A stretch of DNA of 32,000 bases, from positions 102,794-134,793 of the forward strand of contig SHMX01000007.1 in assembly GCA_008080745.1 (NCBI GenBank), written 5' to 3'. The position numbers were made by a program, and so were the translations under genes. Of the stretch, positions 17,041 to 26,750 are shown in pieces. The notes beneath the pieces are model-generated. The model saw only the letters and a program-made list of their open reading frames with translations, was not told the origin of the DNA and made no database searches. Source of the DNA: Candidatus Thorarchaeota archaeon (GTDB taxonomy: Archaea; Asgardarchaeota; Thorarchaeia; Thorarchaeales; Thorarchaeaceae). Position 1 is the first letter of the stretch. Every line of letters starts with the position of its first letter.

Positions 17041-18097
17041 TGTGAACCATTTTGATGTCGTTGTGGTGGGTGGAGGTCCTGGGGGTTCTTCAAGCTCTAT
17101 ACTCTGTGCAGATGAGGATTTAAACGTCTTACTTCTTGAGAAAGGTGAACGAGACCGACACAAGGCATGTGGTGGCGTGCTTCCAGCAGTTGCACCCGAC
17201 ACCATTGAAGACATTCTTGATGTTGAAATTCCAGAATCAGTGATGCAGAATCCCACTCGTCTGGGTCTCTATTATGTTCCGCCTAGCGGTAGGAAAAACA
17301 GGGCTGTCTTAGATGGCTATCACATCCACAATATCGACCGAGACCGATTTGACCAGTGGCTTCAAGATACTGCTAAGAAACGAGGGGTTGATGTACAGTA
17401 TCATTCCAAGCTAGTTGATTTTGAGCATGACCAGCAATTTCGAATTCAAATAGATACTCCCTCGGGGAAACAGATAGTCACCTCTGATTATCTTATTGGG
17501 GCGGACGGTGCTAGATCGACCACTCGTCAGATTTTGTTTCCTGAGGTCGAAGTTCCTAGGATGTTGGTGGGTCAGGAGGAATGGAGAGCTGGGGGTGACT
17601 TTGGTGATTACTTCTATGGTTTCTTTAGGCACGACATATCGAAAGCCTATGCCTATATCATTCCCAAAGCCAATCGTTTACTTATTGGTCTTGGAGCAGT
17701 ACCTCATACAGAACCAAACGTCAATGAACTGCTTAGCCGTTTCAAGCAATGGCTAACTGAAGAGTTTGGATTCAGAGGACTCGAATTGTTCAATCGAGAG
17801 GTATGGGCTATCCCCTTCGGATATTTCTATCCTGGCGTTGGAAATGCTCTATTGGTTGGAGATGCTGCTGGCCTCTGTAATCCATTGTCTGGTGAAGGAA
17901 TACGGCCCGCAATTGAGAGTGCAGAGGCAGCTGTGTTTGCATTGGTTACTGACGATGAGACTTCGCTGGTTGAACGATACTCACGAAATGTAGCAGGTCT
18001 TCTAGCAATGATTAGAGAACTGAATGAGTTCGTTAGGGGACTCGATGATGATAAAATGGAGGAGTTTGTCAGACAAGAGGCAGAGAGAAGCCTCTAG
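17027..18097 (+). CDS. FAD-dependent oxidoreductase, geranylgeranyl-reductase family (LipT-like by context)
   Basis: Rossmann VVGGGPGG, KACGG, IGADG and VGDAAG..PLSGEGI. Probable start GTG17042. Confidence 0.85.
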   Translation: MRCTDVNHFDVVVVGGGPGGSSSSILCADEDLNVLLLEKGERDRHKACGGVLPAVAPDTIEDILDVEIPESVMQNPTRLGLYYVPPSGRKNRAVLDGYHIHNIDRDRFDQWLQDTAKKRGVDVQYHSKLVDFEHDQQFRIQIDTPSGKQIVTSDYLIGADGARSTTRQILFPEVEVPRMLVGQEEWRAGGDFGDYFYGFFRHDISKAYAYIIPKANRLLIGLGAVPHTEPNVNELLSRFKQWLTEEFGFRGLELFNREVWAIPFGYFYPGVGNALLVGDAAGLCNPLSGEGIRPAIESAEAAVFALVTDDETSLVERYSRNVAGLLAMIRELNEFVRGLDDDKMEEFVRQEAERSL

Positions 18098-18134
18098 GAC
18101 CATAGTTAAGTACAACTTCAGCTAATCATCTACT

Positions 18135-19232
18135 ATGCCCCTTGAGACTTGGAGACTTCTTGATTTGGGTCCTATCGACCCGTTGGACACTCAGATTATC
18201 TATGATATGATCGCTCACGCTATCACTGATGGTAAGGCAGAGAATACCTTAGTTATATGCTGGCCTGCTGAACCGATTGTTAGCCTTGGATATTTCCAAG
18301 AGGTTGACAAGGATATCGATCTTGAGTTTTGTCGGGAAAACGACATCATGATAACTCGTCGTGTCATAGGTGGCGGTGGTGTCTATCTTGATGATGGACA
18401 AATGTTCTATCAACTCATCAGTAGAATAGATAGCCCAGTTGTTCCTAAAGATATCAATGCTTACTATCGAAAATTCTTACAGGCCCCTGTCGAGACCTAC
18501 CGTGATATGGGAATTGAAGCAGACTTCAAACCGGTCAATGATATACAGGCTGATGGGAAGAAGATCTCTGGAAATGGTGCCGGTGATGTTGAGGATGCAC
18601 GAATTCTCACGGGTAATCTGATATTCACTTTCAATTATGATATGATGACAAAGGTACTCAAAGTACCCAGTGAGAAATTTCGGGATAAGATAGCTCAGAG
18701 TCTCCGAGAGCGAATGGGTACAATTGAGGGGCTGGTTGGCTCTTTACCTGATCGTGAAGAGACCAAAAAGAATCTTATCCGTCACTTTCAGGAGACCCTC
18801 GATATCCAGCTGGTCTCAGGCGAGCTATCAGACTATGAACGCAAGAAGATGGGTGAGATGCGCCCCAGGTATCTCTCTGACGAGTGGCTATTCTGGCGAA
18901 GTGGAAGAAAGTTCAAGGACGCTCGAACCGTACGTATCTCCGCAACCACCTTTGTTGGCACTGCTGATTACAAAGCTCCTGGTGGGCTTATCCGTGTGAC
19001 CGTAGAGGATGTTGAGGACAAAATCAAGGATATCGTTCTCTCTGGCGATTTCTTTATGCTTCCACATGACGCCTTGGGAAAGATCGAATCGCTACTGGTT
19101 GGTGTGAAAACATCTGAGAGTGATCTGAGAGAACGTATCGAACGGATATATGCTGAGATTGGTATAGATTCTCCGGGAGTCACTCCTGAAGACATTGCCA
19201 AGACAATCATGCTTGCATTGGAAGAAAAATAG
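18135..19232 (+). CDS. Lipoate-protein ligase A family protein (second paralogue, no DUF116-like tail)
   Basis: WRLLDLG, RRVIGGGGVYLD, NDIQADGKKISGNG, C-terminal KAPGGLIRV..GDFF. Confidence 0.9.
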   Translation: MPLETWRLLDLGPIDPLDTQIIYDMIAHAITDGKAENTLVICWPAEPIVSLGYFQEVDKDIDLEFCRENDIMITRRVIGGGGVYLDDGQMFYQLISRIDSPVVPKDINAYYRKFLQAPVETYRDMGIEADFKPVNDIQADGKKISGNGAGDVEDARILTGNLIFTFNYDMMTKVLKVPSEKFRDKIAQSLRERMGTIEGLVGSLPDREETKKNLIRHFQETLDIQLVSGELSDYERKKMGEMRPRYLSDEWLFWRSGRKFKDARTVRISATTFVGTADYKAPGGLIRVTVEDVEDKIKDIVLSGDFFMLPHDALGKIESLLVGVKTSESDLRERIERIYAEIGIDSPGVTPEDIAKTIMLALEEK

Positions 19233-19353
19233 GTGTCTACTGCTTTTGTACCAAAAATCGGTAGAATCACCAACCTCTAAAATCAGACAAGTTAGGTATG
19301 ATTATTATTTATAATAACAAAAGACTGAAACATGTCTGTAGGAGACTTGTATC

Positions 19354-20439
19354 ATGGCAGAATTTTCTCCTTTTCAAGTTCGAGCTCCTGCTAGGCTGTG
19401 TCTGTTCGGTGAGCATAGCGATTATCTTGGATTGGATGTCATACCCTCGGCAATCTCTCTCGCTATCACAATAGATGCTACTCCTCGCGGTGACAAAGAG
19501 ATCCGAATCAAGTATACCGATTTAGATGAGGTGGACCAGTTCGAACTTGGACATGAGCTTCCATATCGTCATTCTCGTGATTATGTTAGGAGTGCATTCA
19601 ACGTCTGCCTTCGAGAATTCCCTTCTCTTGAATCGGGCTGGGATCTTGTCATCACTGGAGATATTCCACTTGCAGCTGGGTTATCTAGTTCTTCAGCTCT
19701 TAGTGTGGGAATGGTTCTTGCAATCGCTCAGATGTGTGGAGTGCAATTATCTACAGAAAGAGTGGTGGAGTTGGGTTTTGAAGCTGAGGTCACTGAGTTC
19801 GATGAGAGTGGAGGAATGCAGGACCACTATGCAATTGGATATGGTGGCATTATCCACCTTGACCTTGGCAATGACTATCGTGTTACTAGATTACCTGCTC
19901 AGTTGAATGGGCTTGTTATCGGGGATTCTCAGGAGAGCAAAACTGATACTGTTGGAGATATCACCCACATCAAATCTACTGTTGAACAAGAATATTCCGT
20001 AGTTAGTGAAAAGATAGAGTTCGACCGTAGAACTACCTCGGTAAATAGGGTATATGGACTATCAAGAAGCAGACCAAGCCGCAGCCGAACCATGATGGAG
20101 GCCACTCTACGAAACCGTGACATCACAGCTAGAGCATTCGAGCTCCTTCAACAAAGGAATCCTGACCCCGAGAAGGTGGGAGAATTACTAAATGAGGAAC
20201 ATATGCAGCTTCGGGATGGTCTACAGAGGTCCACTCCTAAAATCGAGAATATGATCGAAGCAGCCTTGTCATCTGGTGCCTTAGGTTGTAAGGTCAATGG
20301 AAGTGGAGGTGGTGGAACCATGTTGGCATATGCGCCAGGTCTTGAGGAAGAGGTATCAAAAGCAATTGCTGAGGCTGGTGGAGTTTCTTTTAAAGTGGAT
20401 ATTTCCCAGGGTGCATCTGTTCAAATGAAACCGGAATAG
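19354..20439 (+). CDS. Galactokinase-like GHMP kinase
   Basis: APARLCLFGEHSDY, PLAAGLSSSSA (ATP loop), GCKVNGSGGGG. Confidence 0.85.
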   Translation: MAEFSPFQVRAPARLCLFGEHSDYLGLDVIPSAISLAITIDATPRGDKEIRIKYTDLDEVDQFELGHELPYRHSRDYVRSAFNVCLREFPSLESGWDLVITGDIPLAAGLSSSSALSVGMVLAIAQMCGVQLSTERVVELGFEAEVTEFDESGGMQDHYAIGYGGIIHLDLGNDYRVTRLPAQLNGLVIGDSQESKTDTVGDITHIKSTVEQEYSVVSEKIEFDRRTTSVNRVYGLSRSRPSRSRTMMEATLRNRDITARAFELLQQRNPDPEKVGELLNEEHMQLRDGLQRSTPKIENMIEAALSSGALGCKVNGSGGGGTMLAYAPGLEEEVSKAIAEAGGVSFKVDISQGASVQMKPE

Positions 20440-20453
20440 ATGGTCAATTTGCG

Positions 20454-21320
20454 TTATGGTTTGGTTCCAACAATCTTATCCAGATCTTTTGTAAATCGAT
20501 AATATTCAAGGTCCAGTTCATCTGCCTCTCTCTCTTCTTGTAGACGTCTTACTATCAGTTCATAATTCGATTCTCCAATCTCGACGCCAATACTTGGTCT
20601 ATTCAACTGATTAGCCACCACCAGAGTTGTTCCGGACCCAGCAAATGGATCTAAGACCACATCGCCCGGCATAGTTGATGAGAGGATGATTCGTTGTAGT
20701 AATGCAACTGGAGATTGTTGTTTGTGAGCACGTTCTCCAGACTCATCTCGAAGCGCCTCGTCACCTGCAAAATATCCCGAGGTCATCTCACGGATGTCGT
20801 CCCATACATCAGTGACGTATATTCCATTCTTCCGTGGGGTCTTTTGACCGGGTTTGAGTGGATAATCTATGCGTAACCGATTAAAGACTGCTGGCTTCTT
20901 TCCTTTCGTAGCAAAAGCGATAATCTGGTAGTGTTTACCATACCGATAGCGTTGAGGTACTGCTGATGTCTTTTTCTTCCAGATGATTAGGTTTTGAAAC
21001 GTCCAGCCTGTTGAATGGAGTGTTTCAAAGACCTCTCGTGTCTTCTTTTCTCTATGCATGAAATATATACTGCCCCCATTTTTCGTCAGTCTGTATACAT
21101 GCATACAAATATGTTTCATCCAGGTCCAATATTCTTCTTCACGCATTGAGTCATAATGATTCTCATAGTCCTTTCCCTGATTGAATGGAGGATCTAGGAA
21201 TGTAAGAGCTATTTGTGAATCTTGCAGCTGGAGTAATATCTCTGAGATACCTTGTTTCAATAGATGAATATTATTTCCGTGAAAGATTATCGCACTATCG
21301 TGTCTGAAACTCTCACTCAT
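20454..21320 (-). CDS. Beta-class N4-C/N6-A DNA methyltransferase
   Basis: Motif IV DPPF near the N-terminus and motif I DPFAGSGTT near the C-terminus, plus HKQQSP. Likely start ATG21320; the ORF track extends to 21377. Confidence 0.9.
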   Translation of the reverse strand: MSESFRHDSAIIFHGNNIHLLKQGISEILLQLQDSQIALTFLDPPFNQGKDYENHYDSMREEEYWTWMKHICMHVYRLTKNGGSIYFMHREKKTREVFETLHSTGWTFQNLIIWKKKTSAVPQRYRYGKHYQIIAFATKGKKPAVFNRLRIDYPLKPGQKTPRKNGIYVTDVWDDIREMTSGYFAGDEALRDESGERAHKQQSPVALLQRIILSSTMPGDVVLDPFAGSGTTLVVANQLNRPSIGVEIGESNYELIVRRLQEEREADELDLEYYRFTKDLDKIVGTKP

Positions 21321-21550
21321 AACAAGTATCACATTCCCAATACTCAGAGCCAAAGAGAACACCAAAATAATGACCACCTGAATAGGTCTGATCTTTATTT
21401 ACGGTGATCTTTAGCTCATTCCCACAGACTACACACTTTCGAGTTATTATACTCATAATAGGTCAATTAGTTGGTCCTTTTTTCTTATAAAAATGTAACA
21501 TAAAAAACCTCGGAATTTTAAACTACAAATTATAATCAATAAAGAGCAGG

Positions 21551-21578
21551 TGAGGTCAGATTATTATCTCTGACCTCA
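21551..21578 (-). terminator. 10-bp hairpin downstream of FTCD
   Basis: TGAGGTCAGA-ttattatc-TCTGACCTCA, about 10 nt after the FTCD stop, followed on the minus strand by CTCTTTATT. Confidence 0.5.
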
Positions 21579-21588
21579 TAATCCAAAC

Positions 21589-23151
21589 TTATTCCCCTTC
21601 AGCAAGTTCTTTCATTCGTCGCTCTACAATCTCAAGGACTTCTTCTTTTAGTTTCTGTCCTTCGGTTGTGAGTTTTTCAACCTCTGCAGAGGCCTTCTTA
21701 ACGAAATCTTCGTCCTCAATATTTCCTAAGTTGATTCTAACGTTTAGGGCAGCACCTTCGATGGCAGCCATGAGTGCATGAGCTGCAACACCTGCGTCGG
21801 TAATTGCATTGATGTTACCCTTCTCAGCTGCAACCTTAGCATGCTCTAACGAGGCGAAAGAATGCCGCATGGTCTTGAGGGGCACCTCTGCTGCGTGAAT
21901 TGTTGCCTCTTGAATGAGCTTGTGTTTGGTCTTCTTTTCTTCAGCGGTCTCCTCGGGGAGTTTGAATGCTGTCATAACATGATCAAAGGCATCAGAGTCC
22001 TCCTCGACCAGACCCATCAAGACTCCTCGATCAAACTCAGCAGCGTGACGATGTTCTAACATCTCTTCTTTGATAGCTGCATATTTTCGCCCTGAGAGTG
22101 ATAGTCCAGTGACCATACAGACCAATGCAGAACCGTATGAACCGATTGCTGCGGCAACGCTTCCTCCTCCGGGGGTTGCTCGTGCCCTGCGTACCTTGTT
22201 GCCAAACTCGATAAGGGACATCTCGGAGAATGTCTTCTTGGTAGGGTCTGTACCTCCACCAAGATAATAAAGATCAAGAATCATCTCCTGTGAGAGTTTC
22301 TCTGGTTGGATGTAATATTCGAACGCATCAAGAATTGCAAACAGCGGAATCATTCCCACAATCTCGGTCTCAACCACAGTTGCACCGAATCGTCTTGCCT
22401 CGTTCTTCACTACCTCCATGACCTGATGTATCTTGGTCCTCTTAGGATGAACTAGGTTCAGTGAGACCTGGGTCATGCCTTTCTCAGGAAGGTCCAGACC
22501 GATTCCCTGCACGTAGACAAAACCTCCAGTGGTTGCTCGGACAGCGTTGGCACAAGCTCTTGCCACCTTCACATCAGTGGTATTCAGGTTAAGATTAAAG
22601 GCAATGAGGAAGTTACGGGCTCCTGTAGCAGTAGCACCAGCAGTGGGGTGGATCTTTTTAGGGCCATAGTCAGGATCCTTTGCTGCATCCTCTCCAATGA
22701 CCTCTCTCAATCCCTCAAACTCACCCTCTCGGATGTTTGGAAGGTCCTCTCTCTCTGGTCGGGTTGCAGCCTTTGAATAGAGATAGACTGGAACGTCATG
22801 TTTGCTAGAGAACTCTTCGGCAAACTGCTTGGAGATCTCAATACATTCTCCAATGGTGGTTCCATGCAATGGAATGAAGGGAACAACATCTACAGCCCCC
22901 ATTCTAGGATGAGCACCCTCGTGTTTGGTGAGGTCTATCTTCTCCACTGCAACATCTGCAGCCTTTAGAGCAGCCTGTTTCACTGCCTCCGGCTCACCAA
23001 TAAAGGTGAATACGGAACGGTTATGGTCAGGATCATATTCAACATCTAGTAATTGAACTCCCTCTACGCTCTTTACAGCGTCTGCTAGGGCGTCGATGAC
23101 TTCTTTTCGACGACCCTCTGAGAAGTTCGGAACACATTCGATAATCTTCAA
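21589..23151 (-). CDS. ftcD: Bifunctional glutamate formimidoyltransferase / formiminotetrahydrofolate cyclodeaminase
   Basis: IIECVPNFSEGR, DPDHNRSV and HPRMGAVDVVPF, followed in the same ORF by the cyclodeaminase motif TPGGGSVAA. Confidence 0.93.
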   Translation of the reverse strand: MKIIECVPNFSEGRRKEVIDALADAVKSVEGVQLLDVEYDPDHNRSVFTFIGEPEAVKQAALKAADVAVEKIDLTKHEGAHPRMGAVDVVPFIPLHGTTIGECIEISKQFAEEFSSKHDVPVYLYSKAATRPEREDLPNIREGEFEGLREVIGEDAAKDPDYGPKKIHPTAGATATGARNFLIAFNLNLNTTDVKVARACANAVRATTGGFVYVQGIGLDLPEKGMTQVSLNLVHPKRTKIHQVMEVVKNEARRFGATVVETEIVGMIPLFAILDAFEYYIQPEKLSQEMILDLYYLGGGTDPTKKTFSEMSLIEFGNKVRRARATPGGGSVAAAIGSYGSALVCMVTGLSLSGRKYAAIKEEMLEHRHAAEFDRGVLMGLVEEDSDAFDHVMTAFKLPEETAEEKKTKHKLIQEATIHAAEVPLKTMRHSFASLEHAKVAAEKGNINAITDAGVAAHALMAAIEGAALNVRINLGNIEDEDFVKKASAEVEKLTTEGQKLKEEVLEIVERRMKELAEGE

Positions 23152-23273
23152 GCGAGTACACCAAGGCCGGACTCAACGACCTTACAGAAAAGGGTTTGGG
23201 ATTGTAGCTTTTCCAAAAGGGTTATACTCATTTCTCCACCTGAAACCTCATACAACCTTGTGAATGAGTTATT

Positions 23274-23723
23274 ATGATTTATGATGGTATCAAGGTGTTT
23301 GCCTATATAACACAAGGCACCAAGCTTTTGGTTTTTACCGAACAAGGATTTCCCGAAGGCGGAATTCAAGTTCCAGCAGGTAGTCCTGAGGGGAATGAAA
23401 CACTTGAAGAGGCTGTCTTACGTGAAGCTAGGGAGGAAACTGGTCTGGAGCATTTTGAGGTCAAGAGAAAACTTGGCGAAACTATTTTTGATAACTCGAT
23501 TTACAATGTAGACCGTATTGATAGACGGGTCTTTTTTCATCTTCTCTGCAAACAAGACACGCCAGAAAGATGGACACATGAAGAACAGGACCCGAGTATT
23601 ATTTTAGAGGATACACCGGAACATATTCTCTTTGACTTCTATTGGCATGACCTATCAGATAATACTCTAATTTTACAATTAGGTCATGATGAATACCTTG
23701 ATGTCCTGATGCACAATCTTTGA
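23274..23723 (+). CDS. NUDIX hydrolase
   Basis: Nudix box GSPEGNETLEEAVLREAREETG. Confidence 0.85.
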   Translation: MIYDGIKVFAYITQGTKLLVFTEQGFPEGGIQVPAGSPEGNETLEEAVLREAREETGLEHFEVKRKLGETIFDNSIYNVDRIDRRVFFHLLCKQDTPERWTHEEQDPSIILEDTPEHILFDFYWHDLSDNTLILQLGHDEYLDVLMHNL

Positions 23724-23769
23724 TATCCCGATTCTCCATTATCCTGTGGGATTCCTCTTAGAAAACGAT

Positions 23770-23982
23770 TCATCCCTTTCCTTTGATGTACGGTGAGGTT
23801 TCAGAGTATTGGTATGCGAGATAGAATATGATTAGACCTATCCAAATCGGGAGGGTCTGGAGCAAATGGGCATATCCTACTCCAATGATACAGAGCGCTA
23901 TTATACTTAGCATTCTGACTGATTGACCAAGTGCCACTTTTAATCTCGTTTTTCGTGACCTATAGATGCTCTTTCCTTTCAT
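23770..23982 (-). CDS. Small membrane protein (two TM helices)
   Basis: 70-aa ORF with a basic N-terminus and two hydrophobic segments, filling an otherwise empty gap. Confidence 0.45.
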   Translation of the reverse strand: MKGKSIYRSRKTRLKVALGQSVRMLSIIALCIIGVGYAHLLQTLPIWIGLIIFYLAYQYSETSPYIKGKG

Positions 23983-24055
23983 TGTCGATATACCGCTGAG
24001 AAGTATTTATTGTTCACTCTGGAATTGAAAAGAGATAACTTTGACTGAAGGATGC

Positions 24056-24082
24056 AGCTACAGAAGTGAATATTCTGTAGCT
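24056..24082 (-). terminator. 10-bp hairpin downstream of folD
   Basis: AGCTACAGAA-gtgaata-TTCTGTAGCT, about 12 nt after the folD stop. Confidence 0.5.
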
Positions 24083-24094
24083 TAGGATTATTAT

Positions 24095-25027
24095 CTAACT
24101 TGAATAGGAACCATAATCAATTGCTCCAAGCGTGAGCACATTGGTACGAGCTTGCTGATATGCGTACGCCTCTAAGACATTCTTCAGGAGCATGGTTATG
24201 GTCATAGGACCGACTCCACCTGGGACCGGGGTAATGAAGGATGCTTTCTCTTTGACAGCTTCAAAGTCCACATCGCCGTGTGGTGTTGCCACATCTATGA
24301 CGATCACGTCCTTCTTGACCATATCCGCAGTGATGTAGTATGGGTCTTCGTCATCTTGTCTCCTGCCTATTGCAGTCACAAGAATATCAGCTTGTCTAGT
24401 AAAGGATGCCAGGTCTTCTGTCTTGGAATGGCATACTGTCACGGTGGCATCTCGATTAAGCAATAACATGATCAGAGGTTTTCCCACAATGGTCGAGCGG
24501 TTGATGATTACTGCATGCTTTCCTCGAAGATTCGCACCAATTGCATCAAGCATGGTGACAATTCCTTGAGGTGTAGCTGAGCTCAACATTTCACTACCGT
24601 AGAACAACCGATAGATGTTTCGAGGTGAGAATCCATCAACATCTTTATTCGGATCGATCGTGCTGATGATTTCCTCCTCATTGATATGACGTGGGAGTGG
24701 AAGCTGGACTAGGATTCCATGAACTGAAGAATCCTCATTTAGTCGTTCAATGAGCTCGATAAGTTCGTCCTGTGAAATGCCATCAGGGATATCGTAGTGA
24801 TCCGATTGAATTCCCACTCTCTTACAGGCCCGATGCTTCATCTTGACATACATCTTAGAACCCGGATCCTCTCCTACCAGTATAGTAACCAACTTAGGAG
24901 GAATCCCATGCATATTTGTGAGTCTTTCAACCTCGGACTTGATCTCGCGCTTGATTTTCCTCCCAAGCTTCTTTCCACTTATGATTCCGTCATCAACGAA
25001 ATAGTCCATGTCTGCTTCCAGTTCCAC
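24095..25027 (-). CDS. folD: Methylenetetrahydrofolate dehydrogenase/cyclohydrolase
   Basis: LVGEDPGSKMYVKMK, HGILVQLPLP, KDVDGF, RSTIVGKP, PVPGGVGPMT. Start placed at GTG25027 behind a GGAAGGAG SD after the fhs stop. Confidence 0.95.
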   Translation of the reverse strand: MELEADMDYFVDDGIISGKKLGRKIKREIKSEVERLTNMHGIPPKLVTILVGEDPGSKMYVKMKHRACKRVGIQSDHYDIPDGISQDELIELIERLNEDSSVHGILVQLPLPRHINEEEIISTIDPNKDVDGFSPRNIYRLFYGSEMLSSATPQGIVTMLDAIGANLRGKHAVIINRSTIVGKPLIMLLLNRDATVTVCHSKTEDLASFTRQADILVTAIGRRQDDEDPYYITADMVKKDVIVIDVATPHGDVDFEAVKEKASFITPVPGGVGPMTITMLLKNVLEAYAYQQARTNVLTLGAIDYGSYSS

Positions 25028-25040
25028 TTTATCTCCTTCC

Positions 25041-26636
25041 TTAGAAAACACCTGTAATTGTTCCGTCACTATCTACGTCCATTCCTATTGCGGCAGGTTC
25101 CTTTGGCAGACCGGGCATCAAATTCACATCGCCCATATATACAACAACAAATCCTGCACCGGCGCTCACATCCAGGTCCCTCACAAAGACTTTGAATCCG
25201 CCTGGTCTTCCCTTCAGTCTTGGATTGTCTGAGATACTAAACTGAGTCTTGGCTACACAAATTGGTAATTCACCATAACCTCTTCGTGTAAGGGAGCGAA
25301 TGATTCCCCGTACACCATCCCCATAGATCACACCATCCGCACCATAGACGGACTTGGCAAGTTTCTCTATTTTCGTTGCAAGATCATCTTGCAAATCATA
25401 GGTATACTGAAAGCTCTTCTCTCGCTTTAGAGTTTCAATAACAGCATTTCCAAGGTCCTTACCTCCCTCGCCTCCCTTTGCAAAGACCTCTGAAACCTCC
25501 ATTCTCCAACCTCTATCATCACATAATGCCTTTAGCTTGGCAATCTCCTCATCGGTATCATCAGCAAATCGATTGAGGGCAATGACTGCGGGAACACCAA
25601 ATTTCTGAATATTCTCATAGTGCTTCTCAAGATTTGGAAAGCCTGCCTCAATATCTCCATCACCATGCTCCTGCAGAGCTCGTATTGATGTCAAAATCAC
25701 AACAGTATCCGGTACGAATTTACCAGCCCGAGTGACTATATTGAGGAACTTTTCAGCACCAAGATCTGCTCCAAAGCCCGCCTCAATCACCACATAATCG
25801 AAGAGTCTGAGGGCAATATCTGTTGCAACCACAGAGTTAGTACCGTGAGCAATATTGGCAAAGGGTCCTGTATGAATGATGGCTGGAGTCCCCTCTGATG
25901 TCTGGACAAGATTCGGCCAGAGGGCATCTCTTAGCATGACCCCCATGGCTCCCTCAGCTTTCAGATCTTTTGCGTGGACCTCTTTTAGGCTCATATCCCT
26001 TGATACAAGGATATTCCCAAGACGTTTCTTCAAATCATCATAATCAGTAGCCAGGGCCAATATGGCCATTATCTCGGATGCTGCAGTGATGACAAATCTA
26101 TCATTTCGAAGGAAGCCATTGTGCTTCCCTCCAAGACCCACTACAATCTCTCGTAAGGCACGGTCATTCATATCCATGGCTCGAGGCCAATAGACTCTGC
26201 GAACATCGATTCCTAGTTCATTATCTTGATGCACATGATTATCAATCATAGCTGAGAGAAGATTATGTGCAGAAGTGATTGCAGGAAAATCTGAAGTGAA
26301 CATCAGATTGATTCTATCAGAGGGCAATACCTGCGATTTGCCTCCTCCTGCTGCACCACCCTTAACACCAAACACTGGCCCAAGAGATGGTTCTCGAAGT
26401 GTCACGACAGTCTTGTACCCAAGAGCATTCAGTGCCATGGATAACCCTATTGAATTGGTCGTCTTCCCCTCTCCAGCTGGTGTGGGTGTTGTGGCTGTGA
26501 CAAGAATCAGTTTACCCTTCCGTTCTCCTAACTTCTTTCTTATCGACAAGTCGATCTTTGCCATGTATTTTCCGTAGGGTTCAAGGAACTCTTCGGGAAT
26601 TCCAGCCTGTTCTGCTACCTCTCTGATGTGTTTCAT
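25041..26636 (-). CDS. fhs: Formate--tetrahydrofolate ligase
   Basis: TPAGEGKTT, REPSLGPVFGVKGGAAGGG, HTGPFANIAHG, EAGFGADLG, ICVAKTQFS, MPGLP. Probable start ATG26636. Confidence 0.97.
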   Translation of the reverse strand: MKHIREVAEQAGIPEEFLEPYGKYMAKIDLSIRKKLGERKGKLILVTATTPTPAGEGKTTNSIGLSMALNALGYKTVVTLREPSLGPVFGVKGGAAGGGKSQVLPSDRINLMFTSDFPAITSAHNLLSAMIDNHVHQDNELGIDVRRVYWPRAMDMNDRALREIVVGLGGKHNGFLRNDRFVITAASEIMAILALATDYDDLKKRLGNILVSRDMSLKEVHAKDLKAEGAMGVMLRDALWPNLVQTSEGTPAIIHTGPFANIAHGTNSVVATDIALRLFDYVVIEAGFGADLGAEKFLNIVTRAGKFVPDTVVILTSIRALQEHGDGDIEAGFPNLEKHYENIQKFGVPAVIALNRFADDTDEEIAKLKALCDDRGWRMEVSEVFAKGGEGGKDLGNAVIETLKREKSFQYTYDLQDDLATKIEKLAKSVYGADGVIYGDGVRGIIRSLTRRGYGELPICVAKTQFSISDNPRLKGRPGGFKVFVRDLDVSAGAGFVVVYMGDVNLMPGLPKEPAAIGMDVDSDGTITGVF

Positions 26637-26750
26637 GATTAACACCTAATGACGTACTATCCACGCATTCTTACTAGTCAAGAGCATTAATCACTGATAA
26701 ACAAAGCTCTAGGTGAAATCAGATTGAAAATTGCAGTTCTCCAACACAGC

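Noticed and set aside
17027-18097. Membrane-lipid digeranylgeranylglycerophospholipid reductase
   Set aside because: The family fits, but its position between two lipoate ligases favours a LipT-like role; specific function left unassigned.
25028-25069. N-terminal extension of FolD overlapping fhs
   Set aside because: A GTG at 25027 with a good SD after the fhs stop removes the overlap.
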